Assembly: GCA_964423595.1 (NCBI GenBank)
Contig: CAYRFI010000010.1
Coordinates: forward strand, 738-64,737
From: an uncultured Thermoanaerobaculia bacterium
Lineage (GTDB): Bacteria > Acidobacteriota > Thermoanaerobaculia > Thermoanaerobaculales > Sulfomarinibacteraceae
DNA length: 64,000 nucleotides
Direction: 5' to 3'
The notes below the pieces were generated by a model that ran no database searches, had not been told where the DNA came from, and worked only from the letters and a program-made list of their open reading frames with translations. Position 1 is the first letter of the stretch. Each line of letters starts with the position of its first letter. This document shows positions 56,130 to 64,000 of the stretch, in pieces. Position numbers and translations under genes: made by a program.

Positions 56130-57752
56130 CTATCCGATGGCACCGCCGATACCCCGGCCCGCGAGGCGGCCGGTGAGCACACAACTGCCGAGGAACGTGC
56201 CCTCGAGCGAGCCCTTGCCGTGGATGCCACCGCCGCCGAAGCCGGCGGTCTCGCCGACCGCATAGAGGCCCGGGATCGGATCCCCGGAGGAGTTGATCAC
56301 CCGGCTCTGGAGATCAGTTTGGACGCCGCCGAGGCTCTTGCGGCTGAGGATGAACTCGCGGATCGCGATCAGGGGACGCGCCTTGGAATCGTCGATCGCC
56401 TGGAAGGCGCAGGTGCGCAGGCGGTCGCCCTTGTACCGGCGGAAGTTGGCGATCCGGCGCAGCTGGTCGTCGTTGAAGTAGCGCGGGCCGCGGGCGATCT
56501 GGGCGTCGTAGGTGGCGATATCGGCCGCCATGCCTTCGCGGTCGATGGTGACGCCTTCGACGGTCAGGGCGTCCATCTTGTCCATCAGCTCGGGCATGCC
56601 TTCGGCGACGACGAAGTCCTCGGACTCTTCGATCAACCGGTCGGCCAGCTCTTTGTTGCCGAAGATGACCTGCTTGACGAGCTCGAGCTTGCGCTTGTGG
56701 CGGAAGGCGGTCATATGGTCGCAACCGGAGACAGCAAGCTCCTTGATGGCGATCTTCCAATTGAGGACCTGCCACGAGTACTGCTCGGGTGTGCGGCAGA
56801 TCTGCTCGACCAGCCAGCGCGTATCGCTGTAACCCATCAGCGGCACCGGTCCGATACGCCGGCCGCGGGCGTCGAGCCACAGCGCCGAACGCGGCGGCAC
56901 CAGGCTGATGCCGTCCCGCGGGGAGTCGGTGGTTCGCGAATGAACCCCGGCGGCATAGTGCCACTGCTTGTCGAGATGGGTGAGGGCGGCGCCGTGTTTG
57001 GCCGCCTCGTCGTGGAGCAGACCGTCGGCGAAACGGTGGGAGCCGTTGAGGAGGGTCGATGGCGGTTTGCCCCACGGCTCGTACCAGTTGGCCTTTACCT
57101 TGCTGAGGTCACCGCCACAGATGCCGCCGGAGGCGAGCACCACGTGCTCGGCTCTGGCTTCGAAATCACCGCCATCGTCCTCGAGCCTTCCGGCGCATCC
57201 GGTCACGCGACCGGCGTCGACAAGAAGCCTTTCGACCCGGTGGCCGAAAACGATCTCGAGCTTGTCGCGCTGCGGGTGGTTGTCGAGCGCGGCAACAATG
57301 GATTCGATGATGCCGAAGCCGGTGCCCCAGGCGATGTGCCAGCGAGGAACAGAGTTTCCCGGATGGAAGAGGCCGCGCTCTGCCCAGTTGACGACCGGCA
57401 GGAACTCGATTCCGTGGCCCGTGAGCCAATCGAAGATCAGCTCCGTCGAGTGCTCGACATAGGTTCGAGCCCACCGCCGGGGCCACTCGTCGTCCTCGCC
57501 GAAGTCGGCAAAGCTCTGCCAGTCCGACCAGGCGAGCTCGGGGGAGTCATCGATGCCGAGCTTTCGCTGGTGGGGGGTGTCGACGAACATCACGCCGCCG
57601 AAGGAGCGTTTGGCGAGTCCACCCAGTCGGTCCTCGGAGTCGCGATCGATGATCAGTACACGCAGACCCCGATCGAGCAGCTCGTGGGCCGTCGCCAGCC
57701 CCGCCAGACCGCCACCCGCGATAACCACGTCGGCTCGATATTGAACCGTCAT
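56130..57752 (-). CDS. FAD-binding dehydrogenase (fumarate-reductase/KstD-like flavoprotein family)
   Basis: N-terminal dinucleotide fold DVVIAGGGLAGLATAHEL. C-terminal GLYAVGETAGFGGGG typical of the FAD_binding_2 family. Confidence 0.85.
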   Translation of the reverse strand: MTVQYRADVVIAGGGLAGLATAHELLDRGLRVLIIDRDSEDRLGGLAKRSFGGVMFVDTPHQRKLGIDDSPELAWSDWQSFADFGEDDEWPRRWARTYVEHSTELIFDWLTGHGIEFLPVVNWAERGLFHPGNSVPRWHIAWGTGFGIIESIVAALDNHPQRDKLEIVFGHRVERLLVDAGRVTGCAGRLEDDGGDFEARAEHVVLASGGICGGDLSKVKANWYEPWGKPPSTLLNGSHRFADGLLHDEAAKHGAALTHLDKQWHYAAGVHSRTTDSPRDGISLVPPRSALWLDARGRRIGPVPLMGYSDTRWLVEQICRTPEQYSWQVLNWKIAIKELAVSGCDHMTAFRHKRKLELVKQVIFGNKELADRLIEESEDFVVAEGMPELMDKMDALTVEGVTIDREGMAADIATYDAQIARGPRYFNDDQLRRIANFRRYKGDRLRTCAFQAIDDSKARPLIAIREFILSRKSLGGVQTDLQSRVINSSGDPIPGLYAVGETAGFGGGGIHGKGSLEGTFLGSCVLTGRLAGRGIGGAIG

Positions 57753-57900
57753 CAGGCCTCCCGCCGAAGAAACACTGGATTATCCCTACCAACGGTCTCG
57801 GCGCGTGTCAAACGCCGATTCGGTGCCGGTCCGCATTGCCCGGTCGCGGCGGTGCCGCTATAGTCTGTCCACATCGCATCTCGCAACCGGGGGGGAATCG

Positions 57901-59220
57901 ATGAAAAATGTACTCGTGGCCACGTTCTTGTTGGTTCTGTGCGTGCCGCCGGTCCACGCCGACCAGGATCTGGCACAGGCGGTGGCCGAGGATTACGAGG
58001 GGTCGCTGGCCGAATTGTTTGTCTGGTTTCACAGCCATCCAGAGCTGTCGTTTCGTGAGTACAAGACGGCGGCCCGGCTCGCCGAAGAGCTCCGCTCTGC
58101 CGGCGTCGAAGTCACCGAGGGCGTGGGCGGCACCGGGGTTGTCGGTATGCTGCGCAACGGCGACGGCCCATTGGTGATGGTCCGAGCCGATATGGACGGT
58201 TTGCCGATTCGAGAGGACACCGGTCTCGACTATAGCTCGACCGTCACTCAGGTGGATATCACCGGCGTCGAGCGGCCGGTCATGCACGCCTGCGGACACG
58301 ATGTGCACATCACGTCAATGGTGGGAACGGCAAAACGGTTGGTCGCCATGCGCGACAGATGGTCCGGCACGGTGATGTTTGTCGGCCAGCCGGCCGAGGA
58401 ACGTGTTGGCGGCGCCAAGGCGATGATCGAAGACGGGCTCTACGATCGATTTGGCGTCCCGGACTGCGCGCTCGCGTTCCATATTGCTGCCGGCGAACCG
58501 GTGGGCAAGGTGATGATCTCGAGCGGTCTCATTGCGTCGTCGGCGGACAGCGTCGATATTACGGTCTACGGGATCGGCGCCCATGGCGCCTCCCCGCACA
58601 GAGGCAAGGACCCGGTCTACATCGCGGCCCAGATCGTGGTCGCCCTGCAGAGCCTGGTCAGCCGGGAGCTGGCGCCGCTCGAGCCCGGCGTCGTAACGGT
58701 TGGATCCATCCACGGTGGTTCCAAGCACAACATCATTCCCGACGAAGTGAAGTTGCAGCTCACGGTCCGTGCCGACAGCCAGGAGACCCGCGAAAAGCTG
58801 CTGAGCGGCATCGAACGCATCGCCCTGGGCGTCGCACGCACTGCCGGCATGCCCGAGGACCGGCTGCCGAAGGTGGAGGTGACCGAAGGCACCCCGCCGA
58901 CGGTGAATGACGACGAGCTCGTGGCCCGCATCCGCAAAGCGTTTGTCAGGGAGTTTGGTGAGGATGCTGTCTCCGAGAAGAAGCGCGAGGGTATGGGCGC
59001 CGAAGACTTCGCCTTTTTCGTGATGACCGACGACGACGTTCCCGGGGCCTACTTCTCGGTCGGCGGGACATCGCAGGCCGATTTGGACGCCGAGGAAGCG
59101 GGTGGCTCACCCGTTCCGTCCCATCACTCTCCGCTCTTCAAAATCGAGCCAGAGCCCTCGGTGACGATGGGAGTCGAGGCGATGACGGTTGCCGTCCTCG
59201 AGCTGTTGGGGAACACGTAA
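57901..59220 (+). CDS. M20D-family amidohydrolase (hippurate hydrolase / N-acyl-L-amino-acid amidohydrolase-like), secreted
   Basis: ATG at 57901 gives the signal peptide MKNVLVATFLLVLCVPPVHA. Metal-site motif MHACGHDVH. GQPAEE and GAEDF motifs. Confidence 0.9.
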   Translation: MKNVLVATFLLVLCVPPVHADQDLAQAVAEDYEGSLAELFVWFHSHPELSFREYKTAARLAEELRSAGVEVTEGVGGTGVVGMLRNGDGPLVMVRADMDGLPIREDTGLDYSSTVTQVDITGVERPVMHACGHDVHITSMVGTAKRLVAMRDRWSGTVMFVGQPAEERVGGAKAMIEDGLYDRFGVPDCALAFHIAAGEPVGKVMISSGLIASSADSVDITVYGIGAHGASPHRGKDPVYIAAQIVVALQSLVSRELAPLEPGVVTVGSIHGGSKHNIIPDEVKLQLTVRADSQETREKLLSGIERIALGVARTAGMPEDRLPKVEVTEGTPPTVNDDELVARIRKAFVREFGEDAVSEKKREGMGAEDFAFFVMTDDDVPGAYFSVGGTSQADLDAEEAGGSPVPSHHSPLFKIEPEPSVTMGVEAMTVAVLELLGNT

Positions 59221-59249
59221 TCGATTGACCGCAATCTACACTTGATCTC

Positions 59250-60617
59250 ATGAATGAGATGAACGAAGTTCGCCCGCCGCGCGGTATGTGGCGACGCGCT
59301 CTGTGGTACGCCGATCGCACCCTCGAGGCGCGGAACCGTTACGTTGATTTTCTGAGAGCGTTGTCGATCCTGGCCGTGGTGCTGGGACACTGGCTGATCT
59401 CGGCGCCGTACTTCGACAACGGCGCGCCCGCATACAGCCACCTGCTCGATCTCGCTCCCTGGTCGCGCTGGTTGACCTGGCTTTTCCAGGTGATGCCAGT
59501 CTTCTTTTTCGTCGGCGGATTTTCCAATGGCGTCTCGTGGGAGTCCGCGCTACGCAAGCAGCTTTCCTACCGGCAGTGGTTCGACGCCCGGACACGGCGC
59601 CTCATCGGTCCGGTGCTGCCGCTGCTCGTCGCCTGGGGTTTGATGGTCGCGGTGGCCCACTCCAACGGGGTCGGCGCTGGGATGATCCATATCGGTTCCA
59701 AGGTCGCGTTGGTGCCTGTGTGGTTCCTCGCCGTCTACATCATGGTGGTGGCGTTGGTGCCTGTGAGCCACGCGGCGTGGAAGCGGTGGAGCTTCGCTTC
59801 CGTCCTCGTCCCGGTCGGTGCCGTGGCGCTGGTCGATGTGGCCTTCTTCGTCGGTGATCTGCGGGCACTGGGCTGGTTCAACTATCCCTTCGTCTGGCTG
59901 GCCGTGCATCAGCTCGGCTACGCATGGCACGACCGCAGGCTCGCCGGCCCGCGGGTTGGCTTGGCGATGTTCGTTGTCGGGATCATGGCTCTCGTCGCTT
60001 TCACCCACATCGGGCCCTATCCACTCAGTCTGGTGGGTGTCCCGGGTGACGAGGTCAGCAACACCCTGCCGCCCAAGCTACCGCTGCTGGCGTTGGCGGC
60101 GGCGCAGATCGGCCTGGTGCTGATGCTCGAGGACCCTGCCAGGCGTTGGTTGGAACACCGCGTGCCGTGGGCCGCAACGATCCTGATCAACGGCATGATC
60201 ATGACGATCTTTCTATGGCACTCGACCGTGATGATGCTGCTGGTCGGGCTCGCCTTCTGGCAGATGCCAGGGGCCCTCGCGCAGCAACCCGATACCGCCG
60301 GGTGGTGGTGGACGCGCCCATTGTGGCTCTCCGTCTACGCGCTGGCGACGCTGCCCTTCCTGCTCGTCTTCGGCCGTTTCGAGCGGCCAGCTGCAGGCGG
60401 TCCCGCGAGGCCGGCCGCGGTCTGGCTGCAGCTGCTCGGCTGCACCGTCGCCTGTGCGGGTCTGGCCATGCTGGCGTTTGACGGCGTCGGCGGTGGCGGC
60501 TGGTTCGGGCTGCGCTGGATACCGCTCGTGACGCCATTGATCGGCGCCGGCCTGGCCGGCTTCGGCCCGCTCGGGCCGATGGGTCGAGTCCTCAGCGGCG
60601 TTCCAGCAAAGAACTGA
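59250..60617 (+). CDS. acyltransferase-3 family integral membrane protein
   Basis: N-terminus RNRYVDFLRALSILAVVLGHW (family R/H motif), followed by ~10 TM helices. Confidence 0.8.
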   Translation: MNEMNEVRPPRGMWRRALWYADRTLEARNRYVDFLRALSILAVVLGHWLISAPYFDNGAPAYSHLLDLAPWSRWLTWLFQVMPVFFFVGGFSNGVSWESALRKQLSYRQWFDARTRRLIGPVLPLLVAWGLMVAVAHSNGVGAGMIHIGSKVALVPVWFLAVYIMVVALVPVSHAAWKRWSFASVLVPVGAVALVDVAFFVGDLRALGWFNYPFVWLAVHQLGYAWHDRRLAGPRVGLAMFVVGIMALVAFTHIGPYPLSLVGVPGDEVSNTLPPKLPLLALAAAQIGLVLMLEDPARRWLEHRVPWAATILINGMIMTIFLWHSTVMMLLVGLAFWQMPGALAQQPDTAGWWWTRPLWLSVYALATLPFLLVFGRFERPAAGGPARPAAVWLQLLGCTVACAGLAMLAFDGVGGGGWFGLRWIPLVTPLIGAGLAGFGPLGPMGRVLSGVPAKN

Positions 60618-60802
60618 GAGCTTTCGGGGACCACAGACGTATCCGACACCACCGTCCTTTCTCTGTTTATTGAAACCCGCGCCCGGCTTTTGCGAATAAC
60701 CAAATGTGCGTTCAACAATCCCCGGTTCCTGTGAGTTGCCCGAAGGCGATGGCGGGTGCTGAGGGGCCTTTTTGAATCATGAGGGAGAGAAGGAGAACCG
60801 AA

Positions 60803-62824
60803 ATGAAGAGAGTTCTGACCGTAGTCCTGTTTCTGCTCGTCGCCACCTCGTGCGGACAACAGGCACCACCCCTGACGAGCGGTATCGAGCTGGCCAACAT
60901 GGATACATCCGTTCGGCCGCAGGATGATTTCTTCAGATATGTCAACGGGACGTGGCTCGACACCACCGAGATCCCGGCCGACCGCACGAATACCGGGGTT
61001 TTCATGGATCTTCGCGACAAGGCGCGCGAGGACGTCAAGGCGATTATCGAAGATGTCGCTTCGAAGACCGATCTCGAGCCGGGCTCGGACGAGCAGAAGG
61101 TCGCCGACCTCTACAACTCCTTCATGGACACCGAGACACTGAATCAGCTCGGCATGTCATCGCTCGATGGGGAACTGGCGCGGATCGACGCGATCGCCGA
61201 CAAGGATGAGCTCTCCGCGTATTTCGCTCGCAGCGGTATCATCGGCGCGGGCGGGCCGTTCAACATCTACATCTGGGTCGATGCCAAGGACTCCACCCGT
61301 TATGTGACCTACATGTGGCAGTCCGGTCTGGGCCTGCCCGATCGCGACTACTACTTCAAGGACGATGAGCGTTCGGTCGAGCTGCGCGAGGCCTACGTTG
61401 ATCACATCGAAAAGATGTTCGGGCTCGCCGGGTTCGACGATCCGGCCGGGTCGGCTGCGCGAATGATGGCGCTCGAAACCGCGCTCGCGGAATTTCACTG
61501 GACCAAGGTCGAAAACCGGGACAGTGAGGCGAGATACAACAAATTTGCCACAGATGCGCTTGGCACGTTGGGCGAGGGGGTCAACTGGCCGCTTTTCCTG
61601 GAAGAGGCCGGGATCGATTCTGAAAAAGACATCATCATCAACCAGCCGAGCTTTATCGAGGGATTCAACCGGATCTTCGCCGCCACCTCGCTGGACGACT
61701 GGAAGACGTTCATGCGATGGAACCTGTTGAACAGATATGCCAGCTATCTGAATGCCGCCTTGGACGATCAGAACTTCGATTTCTACGGCCGGACGCTCGA
61801 GGGGCAGAAGGAACAGCGGCCGCGCTGGAAGCGGGCGGTCGACGTCGTCAACAACAGCCTCGGCGAGGTCATCGGCAAAGTGTATGTGAGCCGGTACTTC
61901 CCGCCCGAAGCAAAAACGAGGATGGTCGAGCTTGTCTCGAATCTCGGCGCGGCTTACGGCGAGGCGATCAACGAGCTCGATTGGATGAGCCCGGAAACAA
62001 AGGCGGCCGCTCGGGTGAAGCTCGAGAAGTTCACGCCCAAGATCGGCTATCCGGACCGGTGGGAGGACTACTCCGGGCTGGAGATCGTGAAAGGCGATCT
62101 GGTCGGCAACGTGAAGCGCGCCAACCGCTTCGGCTTCGAGCTCTTCCGCGGCAGGTTGGGCGGGCCGATCCAGAAATGGATTTGGGTGATGACCCCGCAG
62201 ACCGTGAACGCGGGTTATATTCCGACTCAGAACGAGGTCGTCTTCCCCGCTGCGATTCTGCAGCCGCCCTTCTTCAACATGGCCGCGGATGACGCGGTCA
62301 ACTACGGTGCCATCGGCGCGGTGATCGGCCACGAAATGGGCCACGGGTTCGATGATCAGGGCAGCAAGTATGACGGCGAGGGCAATCTCCATAACTGGTG
62401 GACCGACGAGGACCGCGAGAAATTCAAGGAGAGGACCCAGAAATTGGTCGACCAGTTCGCCAGGTTCGAGGTCTTCGACGACCTCAACGTCAACGGCGAG
62501 CTGACTCTGGGCGAGAACATCGGTGACCTTTCAGGTGTGACGATCGCCTACCGTGCGTACACAATGTCGCTCAACGGACGTGAGGCGCCGGTCCTTGACG
62601 GCATGACCGGCGACCAGCGCTTCTTCATGGGCTTCGGCCAGGTGTGGAAGTACAAGGCGACCGACGAGGCGATGCGGAACCGGGTGCTGACCGACCCCCA
62701 CTCGCCGCCGGAGTTCCGGGTCTGCGGAACCCTCGCCAACGTGCCCGAGTTCTATGCGGCGTTCGACGTGCGGGAAGGGGATGATATGTACGTCCCGCCC
62801 GAAGACCGCGTGAAGATCTGGTAG
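60803..62824 (+). CDS. pepO: M13-family zinc metallopeptidase (PepO/endothelin-converting-enzyme-like) lipoprotein
   Basis: ATG at 60803. Lipobox LLVATSCG. HEMGHGFD zinc motif, ENIGDLSG (ENxADxGG-type), and C-terminal ...VKIW. Confidence 0.95.
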   Translation: MKRVLTVVLFLLVATSCGQQAPPLTSGIELANMDTSVRPQDDFFRYVNGTWLDTTEIPADRTNTGVFMDLRDKAREDVKAIIEDVASKTDLEPGSDEQKVADLYNSFMDTETLNQLGMSSLDGELARIDAIADKDELSAYFARSGIIGAGGPFNIYIWVDAKDSTRYVTYMWQSGLGLPDRDYYFKDDERSVELREAYVDHIEKMFGLAGFDDPAGSAARMMALETALAEFHWTKVENRDSEARYNKFATDALGTLGEGVNWPLFLEEAGIDSEKDIIINQPSFIEGFNRIFAATSLDDWKTFMRWNLLNRYASYLNAALDDQNFDFYGRTLEGQKEQRPRWKRAVDVVNNSLGEVIGKVYVSRYFPPEAKTRMVELVSNLGAAYGEAINELDWMSPETKAAARVKLEKFTPKIGYPDRWEDYSGLEIVKGDLVGNVKRANRFGFELFRGRLGGPIQKWIWVMTPQTVNAGYIPTQNEVVFPAAILQPPFFNMAADDAVNYGAIGAVIGHEMGHGFDDQGSKYDGEGNLHNWWTDEDREKFKERTQKLVDQFARFEVFDDLNVNGELTLGENIGDLSGVTIAYRAYTMSLNGREAPVLDGMTGDQRFFMGFGQVWKYKATDEAMRNRVLTDPHSPPEFRVCGTLANVPEFYAAFDVREGDDMYVPPEDRVKIW

Positions 62825-62846
62825 AAACTCAAGCCCACGTTCACAC

Positions 62847-62880
62847 GGGCCTCCACTGGATCGGTGGAGGCCCTTTCTTT
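62847..62880 (+). terminator. Rho-independent terminator downstream of the M13 peptidase gene
   Basis: Stem GGGCCTCCAC / GTGGAGGCCC, 7-nt loop (TGGATCG), followed by TTTCTTT. Confidence 0.8.
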
Positions 62881-62883
62881 GTC

Positions 62884-62903
62884 TGAGATATGCGGGTTAG
62901 GGA
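62884..62903 (+). repeat. foldback repeat, solo right terminus H
   Basis: TGAGATATGCGGGTTAGGG is identical to the reverse complement of the copy A left end plus its flank (CCCTAACCCGCATATCTCA). It sits 45 nt upstream of the glycosyltransferase ATG. Confidence 0.7.
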
Positions 62904-62944
62904 GAGTGCTACGCTCAGTTGGCAAAAAAAGGGAGACCGAAATC

Positions 62945-64000
62945 ATGAGTGCCGTTCCGTCGTCAGACGAGATCCATGTCCAGCCGATTGCATGGAGGAT
63001 CCTGCTGAGCGTTGCGGCAATTCAATTCCTGCTGCACGTGCTCACCAATGGTAACTACGGGATGTTCCGGGATGAGTACTACTACCTGGCCTGCGCAAAC
63101 CGATTGGCGTGGGGTTACGTCGACCAACCGCCGTTTTCGATCTGGGTGCTAGCGACCTGGAAGGCGATGTTTGGGCAATCGGTTGATGCAATCCGGATAT
63201 TGCCGGCTTTGTGCGGCTCGGCACTCGTCGTCCTCACTGGAGCCGTCGCGGCCCAGCTCGGCGGCGGCCGCTGGGCGCAGCTCTTTGCAGGCGTGGCCTC
63301 TGCCATAGGCGCCGCGGGCCTCGTAATCTGCGGCTTCTATTCAATGAACTGCTTCGACTTTCTGGCGTGGATCGGGGCGTATTTTTTGGTGATTCGCATC
63401 GCCGGCACAAACCAGGGGGGGGGGTGGGTCTGGTTGGGGCTGGTTCTTGGTCTTGGGCTCTTCAACAAAATCGGAATCCTGGTCTACGGGATCGCGTTGG
63501 TCGTCGGTCTCCTGTTGACGAGACTACGGCGTCACTTCCTGGACAGGCGTCTCTACGTCGGCGGTGCGATCGCGTTGATGTTTCTGTTGCCGTATGTGTT
63601 GTGGAATGTGGCCAACGAATGGCCGACATGGCAATTCATCGAGAACGCCAAACAGCTCAAGATCGCCGCCATCTCGCCCCTCGGTTTCCTTGCCGAAAAT
63701 GTCCTCGAAGCCAACCCGGCGACGATACCTCTTTGGGTGGGAGGCCTGCTCTGGCTCCTGATCGCCAGACCCGCGCGACCGTACAGGATCGTCGGTCTAA
63801 TGTTGATTGGGACGTGGGTCTTCCTGGTGTTCCAGAAGAGCAAGCCTTACTACTTTGCTGCATCCTTCCCGGTCATGATGGCGGCAGGCGGCGTTGCTTG
63901 GGAATGGTGGACAATTTCAAAACCTTGGAGGTGGGTGCGCTGGGTTATCGCCGCCAATCTGGCGGTCGGTCTGATGGTGTTTTTGCCGCTCGCGCTTCCG
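62945..64000 (+). CDS. ArnT/PMT-like (GT39/GT83-type) membrane glycosyltransferase; 3' end outside window
   Basis: Absent from the ORF track because no stop is reached. My own translation from ATG 62945 is open to nt 64000: MSAVPSSDEIHVQPIAWRILLSVAAIQFLLHVLTNGNYGMFRDEYYYLACANRLAWGYVDQPPF... (DE-x-Y-Y loop motif, then many TM helices). Confidence 0.8.
   Translation, partial: MSAVPSSDEIHVQPIAWRILLSVAAIQFLLHVLTNGNYGMFRDEYYYLACANRLAWGYVDQPPFSIWVLATWKAMFGQSVDAIRILPALCGSALVVLTGAVAAQLGGGRWAQLFAGVASAIGAAGLVICGFYSMNCFDFLAWIGAYFLVIRIAGTNQGGGWVWLGLVLGLGLFNKIGILVYGIALVVGLLLTRLRRHFLDRRLYVGGAIALMFLLPYVLWNVANEWPTWQFIENAKQLKIAAISPLGFLAENVLEANPATIPLWVGGLLWLLIARPARPYRIVGLMLIGTWVFLVFQKSKPYYFAASFPVMMAAGGVAWEWWTISKPWRWVRWVIAANLAVGLMVFLPLALP

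Overview
This is a high-GC (roughly 65% by eye), densely coding bacterial chromosomal segment with about 40 protein-coding genes. Reading both strands, I found no rRNA, tRNA, CRISPR array, transposase, integrase or phage genes. All protein calls come from motif and architecture recognition by eye on the supplied ORF translations. No database search was run.

Gene content:
- Signalling and regulation: a Ser/Thr kinase fused to a TolB-like propeller, a wHTH-TPR regulator, and an alpha/beta-hydrolase fused to a class III cyclase.
- Outer-membrane and secreted hydrolases: a CarboxypepD_reg-type TonB-dependent receptor, a signal-peptide-bearing tricorn protease homologue, a BNR/VPS10-like protein, and HtrA, S15, M13, M20, amidase, D-aminoacylase-family, sulfatase and NPP/AlkP-TPR enzymes.
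- Redox and transport: a quinol-type nitric-oxide reductase, a cytochrome c' plus dihaem cytochrome c pair, and an Opu-type ABC transporter.
- The overall mix resembles Acidobacteriota/Gemmatimonadota-like soil or sediment bacteria. That placement is inference only.

Most interesting signals:
1. A family of whole-length foldback (hairpin) intergenic repeats with conserved termini T-R-R-CCCGCATATCTCACC / GGTGAGATATGCGGG-Y-Y-A, which I do not recognise as a named family. The window holds 3 complete copies (182, 168 and 553 bp) and at least 6 partial ones. Most truncated termini lie just upstream of start codons and point into the gene. One copy supplies the stop codons of both flanking genes, and another contains the only plausible ATG of the downstream gene.
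2. A six-gene minus-strand cluster (49759-55784). It combines a TSUP/TauE permease, a HAMP histidine kinase, two paralogous REC-only response regulators and two paralogous cytidylate-kinase-like proteins with degenerate P-loops, one of them membrane-anchored. This is a candidate uncharacterised signalling/transport module.
3. Two divergent, near-consensus sigma-54 (-24/-12) promoters between a six-BON-domain secreted protein and HtrA.

Smaller items include an orphan pseudopilin pair, a duplicated TPR module, and palindromic candidate operator sites.
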